From Octopus vulgaris (taxonomy: Eukaryota): DNA of 64,000 nt. The translations under genes were made by a program, and so were the position numbers. The notes under the pieces are model-generated. The model did not search any database and was not told the origin of the DNA. It was given only the letters and a program-made list of their open reading frames with translations. Location: assembly GCA_951406725.2 (NCBI GenBank), contig OX597815.1:183396001-183460000 (forward strand), given 5' to 3'. Below, piece by piece: positions 14,901 through 28,900 of this stretch; position 1 is the first letter of the stretch; every line of letters starts with the position of its first letter.

Positions 14901-17238
14901 ATGATTTTAATCTGTCCAACCCATGCCAGCATGGAAAGTGGACATTAAACGATGATGATGATGATGATGATGATTGAGATCTTTTCTGTCTGGTTGCCAG
15001 TAGCTCCAAAAATTAAAGTTTACCGAAAATTTTTTAATTTGGCATGATAACACACTTGCCCAAACTAAACTGCTGGAGTTATTTCATTTTTTCCCAAAAA
15101 ATTATTTTAAAAGTTATAGAGGTTTAAAGTTTGATCATTTTCACCCAGTCAGGAAACAGAAATTGGAAGCTGTCATTTTATGTGTGACTGCACATTTTGT
15201 CAACATCCTGAAAATCACACGTGTTGTCAATATTTGTAAACAACACGTGTTATGTCTCCGGCAATTTTCTTTCATGTAAATAAATGTTTCTGTTAATTTA
15301 AAAGAGAAAAACAGTTACCAAAATTTTCAAACTTTAATTACTAATAACTCTTTATTTATTGATTTATAACGAAAATTACTAACACATCATTAATTAGCCT
15401 ATAAAAGAGTACCATTACACTGAATATGAAATCAATTCAATCGGAAAATTGATGCTGGCAACCTAACAAAAATGATCCCAAATATTAAATAATGATGGGT
15501 GATGCTTAGAGCAAAGTAATTTTCAAGATAGATGACTGATGCAAATAGAGTCATGATATGATTAATACAAACCAAGGCTTAAGTTTTAATAGCATGAGTT
15601 CCATAGCAGAAGGAATTGTAAGGCATCAACTTCCTAAACTGAAGTCAGACTTGGTATCAGTGATGAAGAAATAATGTAATCGGCTTCTCTCTACCAAATC
15701 TGCTCACAAAGCTTTGGTCAGCCTGCGGTTTTAGTAGAAGACACTTGCCCAAGATGCAATTGAAGTGAACCCAGAGCCATGTGGCTGGAAGAAGCTAACT
15801 TCTTGCCATACAAGCTTTCATCATCATCATCATCGTTTAACGTCCGTTTTCCACGCTATCACGGGTTGGACGGTTCGACCGGGGTCTGGGAAGCCAGGGG
15901 CTGCACCAGGCTCCAGTCTGATCTGGCAGAGTTTCTACAGCTGGATGCCCTTCCTAACGCCAACCACTCCGCGAGTGTAGTGGGTGCTTTTTACATGCCA
16001 CCTGCACAGGCGCCAGGGGGCTCCGGCATCGGCCACAATTGGTTGGAGCTTTTAACGTGCCACCAGCACGGAAGCCAGCCAAGGCGGAGCTGGCAACGGC
16101 CACGTTCGGATAGTGCTTTTTATGTGCCACCGGCACTGGAGCCAGTCGAGGTAGCGCTGGCATCGGCTACGTTCGGACGGTGCTTTTTATGTGCTACCGG
16201 CACAGAAGCCAGTCGAGGCGGTGCTGGCAACAGCCACATTCGGATGGTGCTTTTTATGTGCCACTGGCACAGGTATCACAACTTTAAGCTTGGTTAACTT
16301 TCGAGTTCAAAAGAGCAAAAGCGGAAATCTCTATATAACCATACAATAAAGACTGATTTCTTTATATGATAATGTCTTATCTTCATTTAACATATTTTAA
16401 ATATCCAAAGCAGTATATTGGCAGAACCATGAGAGCATCAGACAAAATATCTTTAGCTCTACATGTTCTGGGTTCAGATCTCTCTAAGGTGAACTTGGCT
16501 TTACACCTTTCCGTGAGCAATAAAATAAAGAACTAATGCGAATATGATTGATTGTGCCCTACCCAAACTTTGTGGCTATACAAACAACTAAATGAAAGTT
16601 TTTGTTAGAAATGTCTCACTGAGGAAACTGAAGAAGAAATGAATAAGATCTTACTGCATCACTGAGGACTTTATAATGGTCAACGAAACTTCTTGCTGTT
16701 GTCAGTGTGACACCACTTCGTTTTTGGAAGTCATCTGCAATAAAATTAGAAATTTATTCTTTTATACTCTAGGCACAGGGCCCAAAGTTTTGGGGGAGTG
16801 AGGGCAGTCAATTAGATCGACCCCAGTACTGAAATGGTATTTAATCTATCGACCCCAAAAGAATGAAAGGCAAAGCTGACCTCAGTGGAATTTGAACACG
16901 GAACATAGCGGTAGACGAAATACTGCTAAGCATTTCACCCGGCGCGCTAAAGTTTCTGCCAGCTTGCCGCCTTAAAAATAAGAAACTTATTGCTATCATT
17001 GTTTCTTCACTCCAGCCTGCAAATATTATTCTCTATTAAATATTAATTTTTACTTTATTTTATAATTCAAAGTGTAAGACTCAGTAAGATTCAGGAAGCA
17101 TATGGTTAAAGATATAAAGTATGGTTTCCATTAATTGTCTGCCACACATTGAGTTGCTCATTTAGTTATAACTGGTTATTTGGTGTCTTTTTACTTAAGA
17201 CGGGTTATTAATTATTAGTTTTAATTATAGATGCGCGC

Positions 17239-17279
<41 letters not shown>

Positions 17280-19869
17280 CACACACGCGCATCTATAATT
17301 AAAACTAACAATTAATAACCCATCTTGCACACACACACACACATGCGCATCTATAATTAAAACTAATAATTAATAACCCATCTTAAGTACAAAGACACTA
17401 AATGTAGATAGAGAATCGGAGTTTGGAATCTAATTTTTGTCAGGTGCTCTCAACACCCAATAAAGTAATTTGTGCAAGTCTTGGTAAAATGACCCTCACA
17501 TACTATGGATTGTTAATAGGAGAGAGGGTGTATTAGATGTGAAAACCTTGAATGTTAAGTTGTACATTGAAGAACATTCAGATAATTTTCTGGATGCTTT
17601 TCAGGTTAAGCATTATGAACAAGTCCCAGGAAATGTTTGCCTGTCAGTGATACTGAGGGTGACTATGTGTTCATAGAATATTGTACAAGCACAATAGTTT
17701 GAGGAGCTGGATATGATGTACTTGCTCTAACCTACAATGGCTAACTTGTCTTTGCATGTGCCTTGTAAGGCTGAATCATGTTGTCCAGTAAAACTCTTCT
17801 AAGCACTTTCCTTTAGCAAAGACTGGAAAGAAATTTTGGTCAACATTCTGGTCTGACAAAGGTTTTGAGTTATTTTTCTCTTTTTCAATGAAGCCGTCAT
17901 GATCAGCAGCTATTTGAAACAAGAGATTAAGATAGGTAGCAAAGTTTTGATGTCTAGAGTTAAGATCATAAAAGACGAATATCTATTTACATTTGCATGA
18001 GTGGCAAACACCTATTTACATCATCATCCTGATCATTACTGACGATGGTTTACAATTTTTAAGAGAATTTTACTGACCTTCATATTGGTTAAAACTGAAA
18101 AGCTTATGGTTTGTGTCTAAATAGTACAGTGTGTCAAATGGATGTTTATACTTACTGTGAGGATCATGATCGTAATTTCCACATAACCCTTTCAATAAAG
18201 AGCTCTGGAAGAGAATGGAAGTTGGTGTCATATGTATCAGATCTTCGCTCAATAAGAATTTGATAGGAATTGAGTTGACGACAAGATTTAAGTATCCATA
18301 GTGAGTACTCAACGAAATACCTGCAAGCAAGAAATGAAGAATATAACAGACATGTATATTTACAAACATGCATGCACACACACAAGCACGGGCACATGCA
18401 CACACATACATACAGACATACATATAATTATATTTAAAAGAGGGAAAAAAAATGTTTCAATGTATAAACTGCACCTAGAAGTACTCAAGATATTCAGACT
18501 TGAGACATTGGATAAATATAGAAACGAGAATCAAAATAGGCAAATCAATTTACATATCATCCTCATCATCATCGTTTAACATCCGCTTTCCATGCTAGTA
18601 TGGGTTGGACAATTTGACTGAGGACTGGCGAACCAGATGGCTGCACCAGGCTTCAATCTTGATCTGGCAGAGTTTCTACAGCTGGATGTCCTTCCTAACA
18701 CCAACCACTCCGAGAGTGTAGTGAGTGCTTTTACGTGCCACTGGCACGAGGGCCAGTTAGGCAGTACTGGCAATGGCCATGTTCAAATGGTGTTTTTTTA
18801 CGTGCCACCTGCACAGGAGCCAGTCTAGCGGCACTGGCAATGATCTCGCTTGAATATTTTTTCATGTGCCAGTTAGGTGATGCTGGGAACGATCATGCTT
18901 GAATGGTGCTTTTAACGTGCCACTGGCATGGAAGCCAGTTAGCTGCTCTGGCAACAATCATGCTCAGACGGTGCTCTTAGCGCTCCACTAGCATGGATGC
19001 CAGTCATCGAATTTGATTTAGATTTCACTTGCCTCAACAGGTCTTCGCAAGCAGAGTTTAGTGTCCAATAAGGAAAGGTATGCATATGTGAGCTGGTTAC
19101 ACCATTGGCATAGGCCACGAGGTTATGGTCTCATTTGGCTTGCCCGGTCTTCTCAAGCACAGCATATTTCCAAAATTCTTGGTCACTAGTCATTGCCTTA
19201 ATGAGGCCTAATGTTTGAAGGTTGAGCTTCACCACTTCTTTGTAGGTCTACCTTTTCTACAAGTTCCCTCAACCGTTAGGATGTGGCACTTTTTCACACA
19301 GCTATCCTCATCCATTCTCACCACATGACCATACCAGTGCAGTCGTCTCTCTTGCTCACTACATCTGATGCTTCTTAGGTCCAACTTTTCTCTCAGTTAA
19401 CTTAAACCATTTACCCAATATGCATAAGGTTTTTAAAATATACTAAATATATCAAACATATTGAAAAAATATTAAACATTTATACACCTATATATATTTA
19501 ATATGTTAGATGTATTTAGCATATTTTAAAAAATTAATGCACATGAGGTCTATGGTTTTTTATATCTATATAGTTTTAATATGTTTGATGTATTAAACAT
19601 ATTTTAAAAAAATTGTGCATATTGGGTCTATGGTTAAATATACTCTTTTACTTGTTTCAATCATTTGACTGTGGCCATGCTGGAGCACCGCTTTTAGTCG
19701 AGCAAATTGACCCTAGGACTTATTCTTTGTAAGCCTAGTACTTATTCTATTGGTCTCTTTTGCCGAACCGCTAAGTTACGAGGACAAATACACCAGCATT
19801 GGTTGTCAAGCGGTGTTGGGGGGACAAACACAGACACACAAACATATACACACACACACATACACACAT

Positions 19870-19922
<53 letters not shown>

Positions 19923-22900
19923 TATATACGACTGGCTTCTTTCAGTTTCTGTCTACCAAATCCACTCAAAGGCTTTGGTTGGCCTGGGGCTATAGTAGAA
20001 GACACTTGCCCAAGGTGCCACGCAGTGGGACTGAACCTGGAACCATGTGGTTCGTAAGGAAGCTACTTACCACACAGCCACTCCTACGCCTATATGTATA
20101 TATGTATTATATGCGAATTGATTTGCCTAACTTGATACTCATTTCTATACATACATACTTCCCACATATGCATACGTTCATACACATATACATGCACACA
20201 TACATATTTACTAACATTCATAAATACACACGAACATAGATACATTGTAAATAGGCATAAAATTTAATCTGGACAGCAGTAGCGTTCAATGACTTTTTAT
20301 CATGTGTGTGTGTGTATGCATGCATGTATGTGTATCTGTGTATATGTCTCTGTGTGTGTGAAGGTGTGTGCCAGTATATAAATGTGTGTGTAAGCATATA
20401 CTTTAAGAGATAGATAGGGGAAAATATAATGTTAATATTAAAAAAAAAACCCCACAAAAAGAGAAAAAAATGTAAGGGAAGAAGAATGGAGAATAGAAGA
20501 TTTGCGAAATTATTTCTATACATACCATCTTTGAATTTGCCTGGTTCCACAAGGCTTCCATCAACCATTACATGGGTACCATTGGTCGAAATTGTTTTGC
20601 CATCAACTCTGATTTCTACTTTCTGTTAAAATATTAAGAATGAATTACTGAATGGCTTACAGCACAAACACTTGTGAAGGATTATACAGAAATGATAGAT
20701 TTTCAATGAATGACAGAATGTTTAGAAAATAAAAATACTTAAGGAATATATCATTTAACTCTTAAACTGACTGTATCTGGCCTAAATATTTCGTTTTATG
20801 TTCAAACTGGTCAGAACTGACCTCTCACACCTCCTCTACAATGTCATTCTATAAATATACAACCACATTGTAGGAATCTCAGAGCTATGAAATAATGCAC
20901 GATTAATTCAAAACAATGTGAATAATTAGGTGAAGCAGATTTGAAACCAAATCACTGGGCAGCTGTGCAAATACCACATTGAAATCATTGTCATTTAATG
21001 TACAGTTGCGGCCAAAATGTTCAGAACGGCATTGTTTTCGTCAGAAAAGTTGGTATAATTTTTTATCAAAGTTGTTTTATATTCTATAATTTTCACAGAC
21101 AATAAATATGATATGATTTGTTATTGCCTGAGATTTTGGTGTAATTTGAGAGGATAATACAAAAGTTATGGATGATTTAGTGATTTACTGCAAAACCCAT
21201 GTCCTTTTTCAAATTCCAGAAAATTATAGAATATAAAACAACTTTGATAAAAACTTATATCTACTTTTCTGACGAAAACAATGCCGTTCTGAACATTTTG
21301 GCCGCAACTGTACATATACCCAGGCCTATTCTCATGCACGCTTGCACGCATGCACACACACATACAAAAGTGGCATGGAGTACAAATTTATAGAAGCAAA
21401 ATACTGTAAATGAGCTGCCAGTCCTTGTATGGTGATTGGAAAAGCACAAGAGAGGTAATCTCTTAATTCAGCTCATAGTGACATCTGCTTAGTATCTGTG
21501 ATCGATGATGAGAGATAACTACTCTGAAATGCAAGCATCTCACAGTCTAGGTAGGTGGTGCTGTGAGCTGATCTAGGTGTATATACACTGTTTGTCAATA
21601 AGCGAGATATATTCACCGGAAAAAAAAAACGCAGTGAGTAGTTTCTTTCCCAGTTTGAACGTACATCAAGCATATTTGGACTGGTAACAGGCATTGCAAT
21701 ATCTGTAAATGGTTATCACAAAGAAATGCTTGACGTTCATTGCAAGTATTTCTAAGAGTCATTTCACATAACAGAAGCACAAGGAATATCATTGCATTAG
21801 CTAATCTAATACATCTGGAATTTGAAAAAGGACAAAATTGATCATCATCATCATCATCGTTTAACGTTCGTTTTCCATGCTAGCATGGGTTGGACGGTTC
21901 AACCGGGGTCTGGAAGCCATGGAGGCTGCACCAGACTCTAGTCTGATTTGGTGTTTCTACAGCTGGATGCCCTTCATAATGCCTCCCAATAAGGATGCAA
22001 TTAAGGATGCAAGTGTGTTTACTATCATTTCCTATATTTTCCAACTGATAGGGTTCTGTATTTCATATTTTTCAATCAATAAATTTGTATGGAAAATTTA
22101 ATGAATCTTTTTCCATCCCCCACTCTATCCCTCACTCAATCTATTCTTCACTCACTCTATCCTTCACTTGTTCTATCCCCCACTCGTTCTATTCCCCCAT
22201 GAATCTACTAGCAATGTACCGATTAGCGTCATTAACTTACATAAAAACTTCCAGCTAATTGTATAAATTGTTACAAGGATGTTTTCAAAAGGGACATGAA
22301 GGCCTGCAACATCAATATTAGTGGTTGGGAGGCAGTTGCCGGCAACCGTGGAGACTGGCAACGTACCGTAAGAGAGGAAATACAAAGGAGTGACAGAGAG
22401 AGAGAGGAGAAATGGAAAGACAAGAAAAGACGTCAACAAGAAACTATGGCATTACAACCAGCCAGGAACAGTCTTCGCTACATTTGCGGTACCTGCCAGA
22501 GGGAGTGTTTGTCCAGGATAGGACTACACAGCCACAGCAGGAAATGTATCAGGACATGAAATGTAAAAGCCGGACTAGACTACTTTATGCGCAACTCCAT
22601 TGTCTCCCAAGACAAAAAGGATGCCAACCAAATTGTATAAATCCTTTCCAAATCTCTACTTTTTTAATTGTTTTTGTATATCTTATTCTAACCTAAATTC
22701 TAACGTAAGTATTTTTGTTTTGTGTTGTACTTGCATTTATTGTATGGCATAACCTTTTCAAGTATCCCTATGTCTAACTGTAGGCACAGAAAATTTGTAA
22801 ACTTGATTTTAAAACTCAGTTCCATCTGCAATATACTCTTTTGTACAATACCTCCCCAGGGAGTAACAGTTCTGAACACTCTCACAAAGACAAAAACATG

Positions 22901-25900
22901 TAAACTTATCTTGTTATGTCTAGGGAGGGTCATTATGACAATAAAAATTAAAATGAATACATGCACTGGTTCAATAGCACTTCATTTTACTAACTGTTTG
23001 ATTGTTTGTTTAATGTGCTTATTGAACAATGAATCAGTTAGTTTTCTCTGTCACACTCCTTTTGTCACTATTTGCAACCTCATCAATGGCTTGCCCTCAT
23101 ACTTCTACGTCTGCTTGGAGTCTATCTGAGAAGTAGTCTTATGCCTATCTATATGCATATTTCTACACATGAATTCACATATGAAACCATGTAAACCAAA
23201 TACAAACGCATGTAGCTTACCTTTTTACACTGAAGTGGACTGTTACAGTTTTCAAGTTTTAGTACCACCGACCACAAGCTGCTGTATTCTACAAGTTTAA
23301 TAGTAGCTTTACTGTAAGGAATTCCAAACATCTTTCCATCAAAGGTCTTAAACATGCGAGTGTCTTTGAAACGGCAGCTTTGATCTCCAAGTTCATCTCT
23401 TGCCTCTGGACCTGTAGCAAAGTAATATGTTTATTTAATACAACAAAGAATTTAGGAAAAATAACTTGGTTATCATTAAGCTAGTGTTAGGAACATAAAT
23501 TGTGAAATAAGACTTGATGGCGGATTTGAATTGAAAACTTATGTAAAAAAAGACGTTTATTCTAAAGAGCCAGAACCGTTTCAGCTGGGTTGGTAAAGAA
23601 AGGGTTAAATCATTACAGTTTAGGGATGAAGATTTTATCATACTGGTCCTATATATAAAATTGTGTGTGTGCATGTGTGTGTGTGTGTGTGTGTGTGTGT
23701 ATGCACCCCTTAATATTGGCTCCAAATTTTGACACAAGGCCAGTAATTTTAGGAGATGGGGCAAGTCGTTTACATTGACCCCAATTGGTGGTACTTGTTT
23801 TATTGACCCCTAAAAAGATGAAAGGCAAAGTCGAAGTCAGCAGAATTTGAGCTTTAAACTTAATGATGGACGAAATGTCATTCAGTATTTTTGTCTGACA
23901 TACTAACAATCCTGTCAGCTCACCCACTTAATAATAATGATGACCTCTTCCGTTGAAGACGATGTATGAGCATTCAACTTTTGCAAAATGACCTGCGCAA
24001 ATTATTTGTCTCTTGCGATCAAATTGTTCATGCTGTGTGTTACCTCACTCTCTCGATCAAATCGACGTTGCTTGAACAGGTGTGCCAGCCTTCAGGGTTG
24101 GCGAAAGCGATGTGGTGGACAACGAAAAACCTGGCTGATGACAGTCAAGGCCAGCTCGCTGCCTCGATGATAATAATTTCAAATTTTTGCCACAATTTTG
24201 CTTGGTGGTGGTGGTGGTAGTGGGAGTGAGGGGATTAAGTCGATTAATTCGGCCCCAGTGTTTCACTGGTATTTAATTTATCAACCCCGAAAGGATGGAA
24301 GGCAAAGTTGACCTTGGAATCTGAACTCAGAAAGTAGCAACGGGCAAAATACCGCTAAGCATTTCATCCAGTGTGCTAACGGTTCTTCCAGCTCGCCACT
24401 TTAATAATAATAATAAATGGCTTCTGATCTTAACTGATTCAAAGTGTTATCACGTACATTGTTTTGTCTTGGTATAAAAGATGGGCTACAGCAAATATTC
24501 TGCCCAATACTACAGATTTGCTTGTCAGTTATTTGACCTTAACCAGTTGAGCAAGCCTTCTCGTGGCTGATGATATGTACATCTCTGATCACGAGCAGAA
24601 GTAGTGGGGAAGCATCATAGCAATGTGTTGAGAGGGATTCTTTAGGGTTTCAATAATTCACCTTTGGAATCATATGTGTTTTGCTCAACATCCTTAAACA
24701 AACCTTATTCGGGGACCTTTTGAGTGGGGTGAGCTACTCAACCAGAAGAAAATTCTAACTGGGCCCCTCCTGCAAGGTCATGCACTGTTTATCTTGATAT
24801 AAGATCACCATGTCACGCACATATGGTTGCGATGCATGTGCCTGGTGTACCCTTATGAAACGGGTTGTCATGATGGGTATACTGGGCTTCGTATATATTA
24901 CCCCAGTGTCACTTTGATGGCATGCAAAGCTCTCTCACTCAATAATAATAATAGATTCAAGTTTTTGCCACAATGTTGCATGGGGGTGGGATGGGATTAA
25001 GTCGATTACATTAACCCAAGTGTTTTGACCCTGAAACGATGAAAGGTAAAGTTGACCTCGGAGGAATTTGAACTCAGAGTGTAGCTTAGCATTCCGTCCA
25101 GCGTGCTAATGATTCTGCCAGCTCACTGCTTTAATAATAATAGTAATAATAATGCTAATAATAATGATAATTATAATAGTAGTTTGTATTTCTTTATTGA
25201 TCACTGGGACTAAATGTAGAGGAGATTAAGTCGATTACATCGACCTCAGTGATTAACTGGTACTTATTTAATCAACCCCGAAAGATGAAAGGCAAAGTCG
25301 ACCTCGGTAGAATTTGAACTCAGAACGTAACGACAGATAAAATTATAATTCCTTCTAGTATAAGCATAAGACCTGAAAATTCACATGTTATAAGTTATGA
25401 CAGATTTACGTACTGCTCTTCTGAAAGTTGCAGGTAGTGCATTCCGCTGAGGCTACACCCCAAGAACCGGTATCTCTCTCACCACAACAATCTTGTATGC
25501 TTGTCAAGTTACCGGAATGCGCTTCTAGGGCGGTTTCATTGCATAGATTTGTATCAAAACAAAACTTCAAGTCATCAGTCACACCTGTAGGTGAGAAAAT
25601 ACACAAAAACAAATTGAATATTAGTAGAATGCAAACACCTTGTGTGTTAATGAATGTTTGTCATGAATTTTAACTGTGAGCTAGAAATAAAGAATGATAT
25701 AGAAACCTTTAATTGTTGCATTTAACCATTGCTGTTTCCCAAATCATAAAAATATTTTTTTGCATGTTAGAAACGAAAATATATTTTGTTATATATTTTA
25801 TAATATACTAGCAGTATCGCCCGACATTGCTCGGGTTTGTAAGGGAAATAACTATATAAGCATTTTTAGAGATGTAAAGTATAATAATAGCCATCTCAAT

Positions 25901-28900
25901 ATGGCTAACCACAAAGGGGCGGGGGTGTTACTGTAGCTTTTTACGTTCTGAGATTTAATATGTAGCTTTTTACGTTCTGAGATTTAATATGTAGCTTTTT
26001 ACGTTCTGAGATTTAATATTAAATTTTTAGAGAGTTACTTCCCTTATATATGCCAAAAATGCATTAAAAATGGGAAAAATTGATGGTAATTTTTTTTTTA
26101 AATGGTAGACTCATCGTAGACGCGCGCTAATACCCAGAAGGGCTCGATATGAATCACGACTATAAGATACCCGGTTTTGGTTAAACTGCACCGCAAAATG
26201 TGGGAGTAGTTAGGAATCTAAATCGTAGGAGACAGACAGCACACAACCTCACTTTTATATATAAAGATATTGTACTGAACACAATTTTGTGTGTCACATA
26301 GCTAAGCTAGAGGCGATGGCCTCTTGAAACTAATCAACGGCAGCGTTTGTCCCTTTTTTCTGCACTGCCATGTTAGCTTGCCAATAACTATTTATACTCA
26401 GTCCTGCTACCATAGTCTCCTTTAGAGAGATTTAGAAATAATAATATTTCTATTTTTGAAAATATATTTATTGTGATACAATTATGTAGTAATTTGCAAA
26501 GGTGGGTACCATTAACCAAAAAGTTAACTTTATTAACTGTTAATCTGTTAACCAAAAAGTCAACTTCGATAACTGTGAATCAGTTAATTCTTTTAAAATG
26601 TTATGGAAGTTACCGATAAACTGTTAACATTAATTTTTATTAAAGGAAAAAATTTAAGAAAAAACATCTGTTTTTGCTCTAAAACCACCCAAAAGCAACA
26701 TTAAAAAGTGCCAAAACAATAAAAACCGTTAACTTCAATTCCATTAAAGTAAATGGAAGCTAACTCAAGTTGACTTGAGTTAACGGGAGTTAAATGTAAT
26801 GGAAGTTAATTAATTGATCCAATAATGATTTCAAAAAGTTAACTTAAAAGTTAAATAGTAAACGAAAATGTTAACTTCATTAATTGACGATTAACAGATT
26901 AACAGTTTGGTGTGCAGGTTTGTTAATTTGTTTCTCAAAGTAGTAGAAGCACTCTGTCGGTTACGACGACGAGGGTTCCAGTTGATCCGATCAACGGAAC
27001 AGCCTGTTCGTGAAATTAACGTGTAAGTGGCTGAGCACTCCACAGACACGTGTACCCTTAACGTAGTTCTCGGGGATATTCAGCGTGACACAGAGAGTGA
27101 CAAGGCCGGCCCTTTGAAATACAAGGTACAACAGAAACAGGAAGTAAGAGTGAGAGAAAGTTGTGGTGAAAGAGTACAGCAGGGATCACCACCATCCCCT
27201 GCCGGAGCCTCGTGGAGCTTTAGGTGTTTTCGTTCAATAAACACTCACAACGCCCGGTCTGGGAATCGAAACCGCGATCCTACGACCGCGAGTCCGCTGC
27301 CCTAACCACTGGGCCATTGCGCCTCCACTCTCAAAGTAGTAGAAAGTGAGTTATTGTCTGCTTTACACCATTAATATAATCATCGCCGTCGTCGTTGTGG
27401 CCATCATAATTTAACATCTGTTTTCTATGATGGCAGAGTTGGATTGTCTGAAAGGAGCTGGCAAAGCAGAGGGCTGTACCTGGCTCCATTGTCTGTTTAG
27501 CATGGTATCCACAACTGGGTGCTTTTCACAATGCCAGCCAATTTGCAGACTGATCTAAGTACTTTTTTTATGAGGCACCAGTATCAGTGACTTTCTCACA
27601 CTAAGTACCTTGCTAAAAGACAAAAAATAAGTGTAAAAAAGGGCAAAGAACACTCAACTGGGAGTGGAGAGAAGTATTGGATGGGGTGGGTTGGTGCCAT
27701 TTGAGAGATTAAAGGCAGTGGCAGACTGGCCAGGTTGCCAGTTTGCCTGATGTATCTAAGGGGCCCATCTCCTCAAGTTTGAGAATTTTTTTATTCACTC
27801 CTGGGAGAATGCATTATTTCAGCCTTTGTAGACAGTTGAAAAGAATACTTTTAACAAAAAAAGAAAGAAAAAAAGATAGCATTGAGGTTTTGGTTGGGCC
27901 CCCTTTTAGTTGCAGGTGGGCCATCTTGTAGTTGGCGGTGGTCCTCTTTAGTCTCCTGGCAACGAATATTTTTAGACCCAGTCTGCCACTTATTAGAGGG
28001 ACAGAGATAGGTGTCTTGCTGCAGATGCATGGATTACATTAGAAAATTCTAACAGGGCCCCACCTGCCAGGTCATGCACTGTTTATCTTGATATGAGATC
28101 GCCATGTCGCGCACATATGATTGTGATGCATGTGCCTGGTGTACCCTTATCAGATGGGTAGTCATGATGGGTATACTGGGCTTCGTATATTTTACCTCAG
28201 TGTCACTTTGATGGCATGCAAAGCTCTCTCATTCAATAATAATAATAATTTTCAACTAGCAATAACCACGCCTCGGATTTACTTCATTGGCCATGTTTGA
28301 AAATGATACTAGGCTTACCATCCCTACAGGAAGTGCAAAAAAATCGTGTTAATTGGAACGACTCATGAACCGAGAAGAGCACTATCGCTGTGAAAACAAC
28401 ATTCATTCTTGAATTTATTTATTTATTTATTATTTTTTTAAATACACATTTTACCTGTGAAATTGCGTGTGAAATCTGGGAATGCATACAATGAGCTTCT
28501 CTACCCTAGGTGTACGGAAAACACACGACGAGAAATGGAAGAAAATTTGAAGAAGGGAAAACAACAACAATAATAATAATAATAATAATAATAACAATAA
28601 TAATAAATGCAACCCTCTTGAGAATGAAATAGCCTGGCTATGGAAAATGAAGTAGGTGAAGATAGTGTCAAATATTGTTGGGAACAGTGTCAGAAGGCAT
28701 CAAGGGGACTATAAAGGAAATTGGAATAGAGGGCCCAGTAGAATTGTTACAAAAGGTTTGCCTCTTTGGCATGGCCAGAATAACAAGGAAAGTATTGGAT
28801 AGCTGGAAAAAATAAACGATAGCATAGTACCGTAGGCTGCAGGTAGTAAGCCTGCTACGCATACAAAACTCCAGGTGTTCCAATAAAACTTGTGATAAAA

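Noticed and set aside
15779-16297. 172-aa ORF and CRISPR-like periodic repeats
   Set aside because: Tandem units of an RTE 3' UTR; the spacers are homologous to each other and the context is eukaryotic.
25410-25413. Alternative GTAAAT donor 4 nt downstream of the exon 5 donor
   Set aside because: Would shift the frame relative to exon 6.
27255-27328. Functional tRNA gene (also near 42334 and 46510)
   Set aside because: These are SINE heads: no closed acceptor stem, and they continue into SINE bodies.
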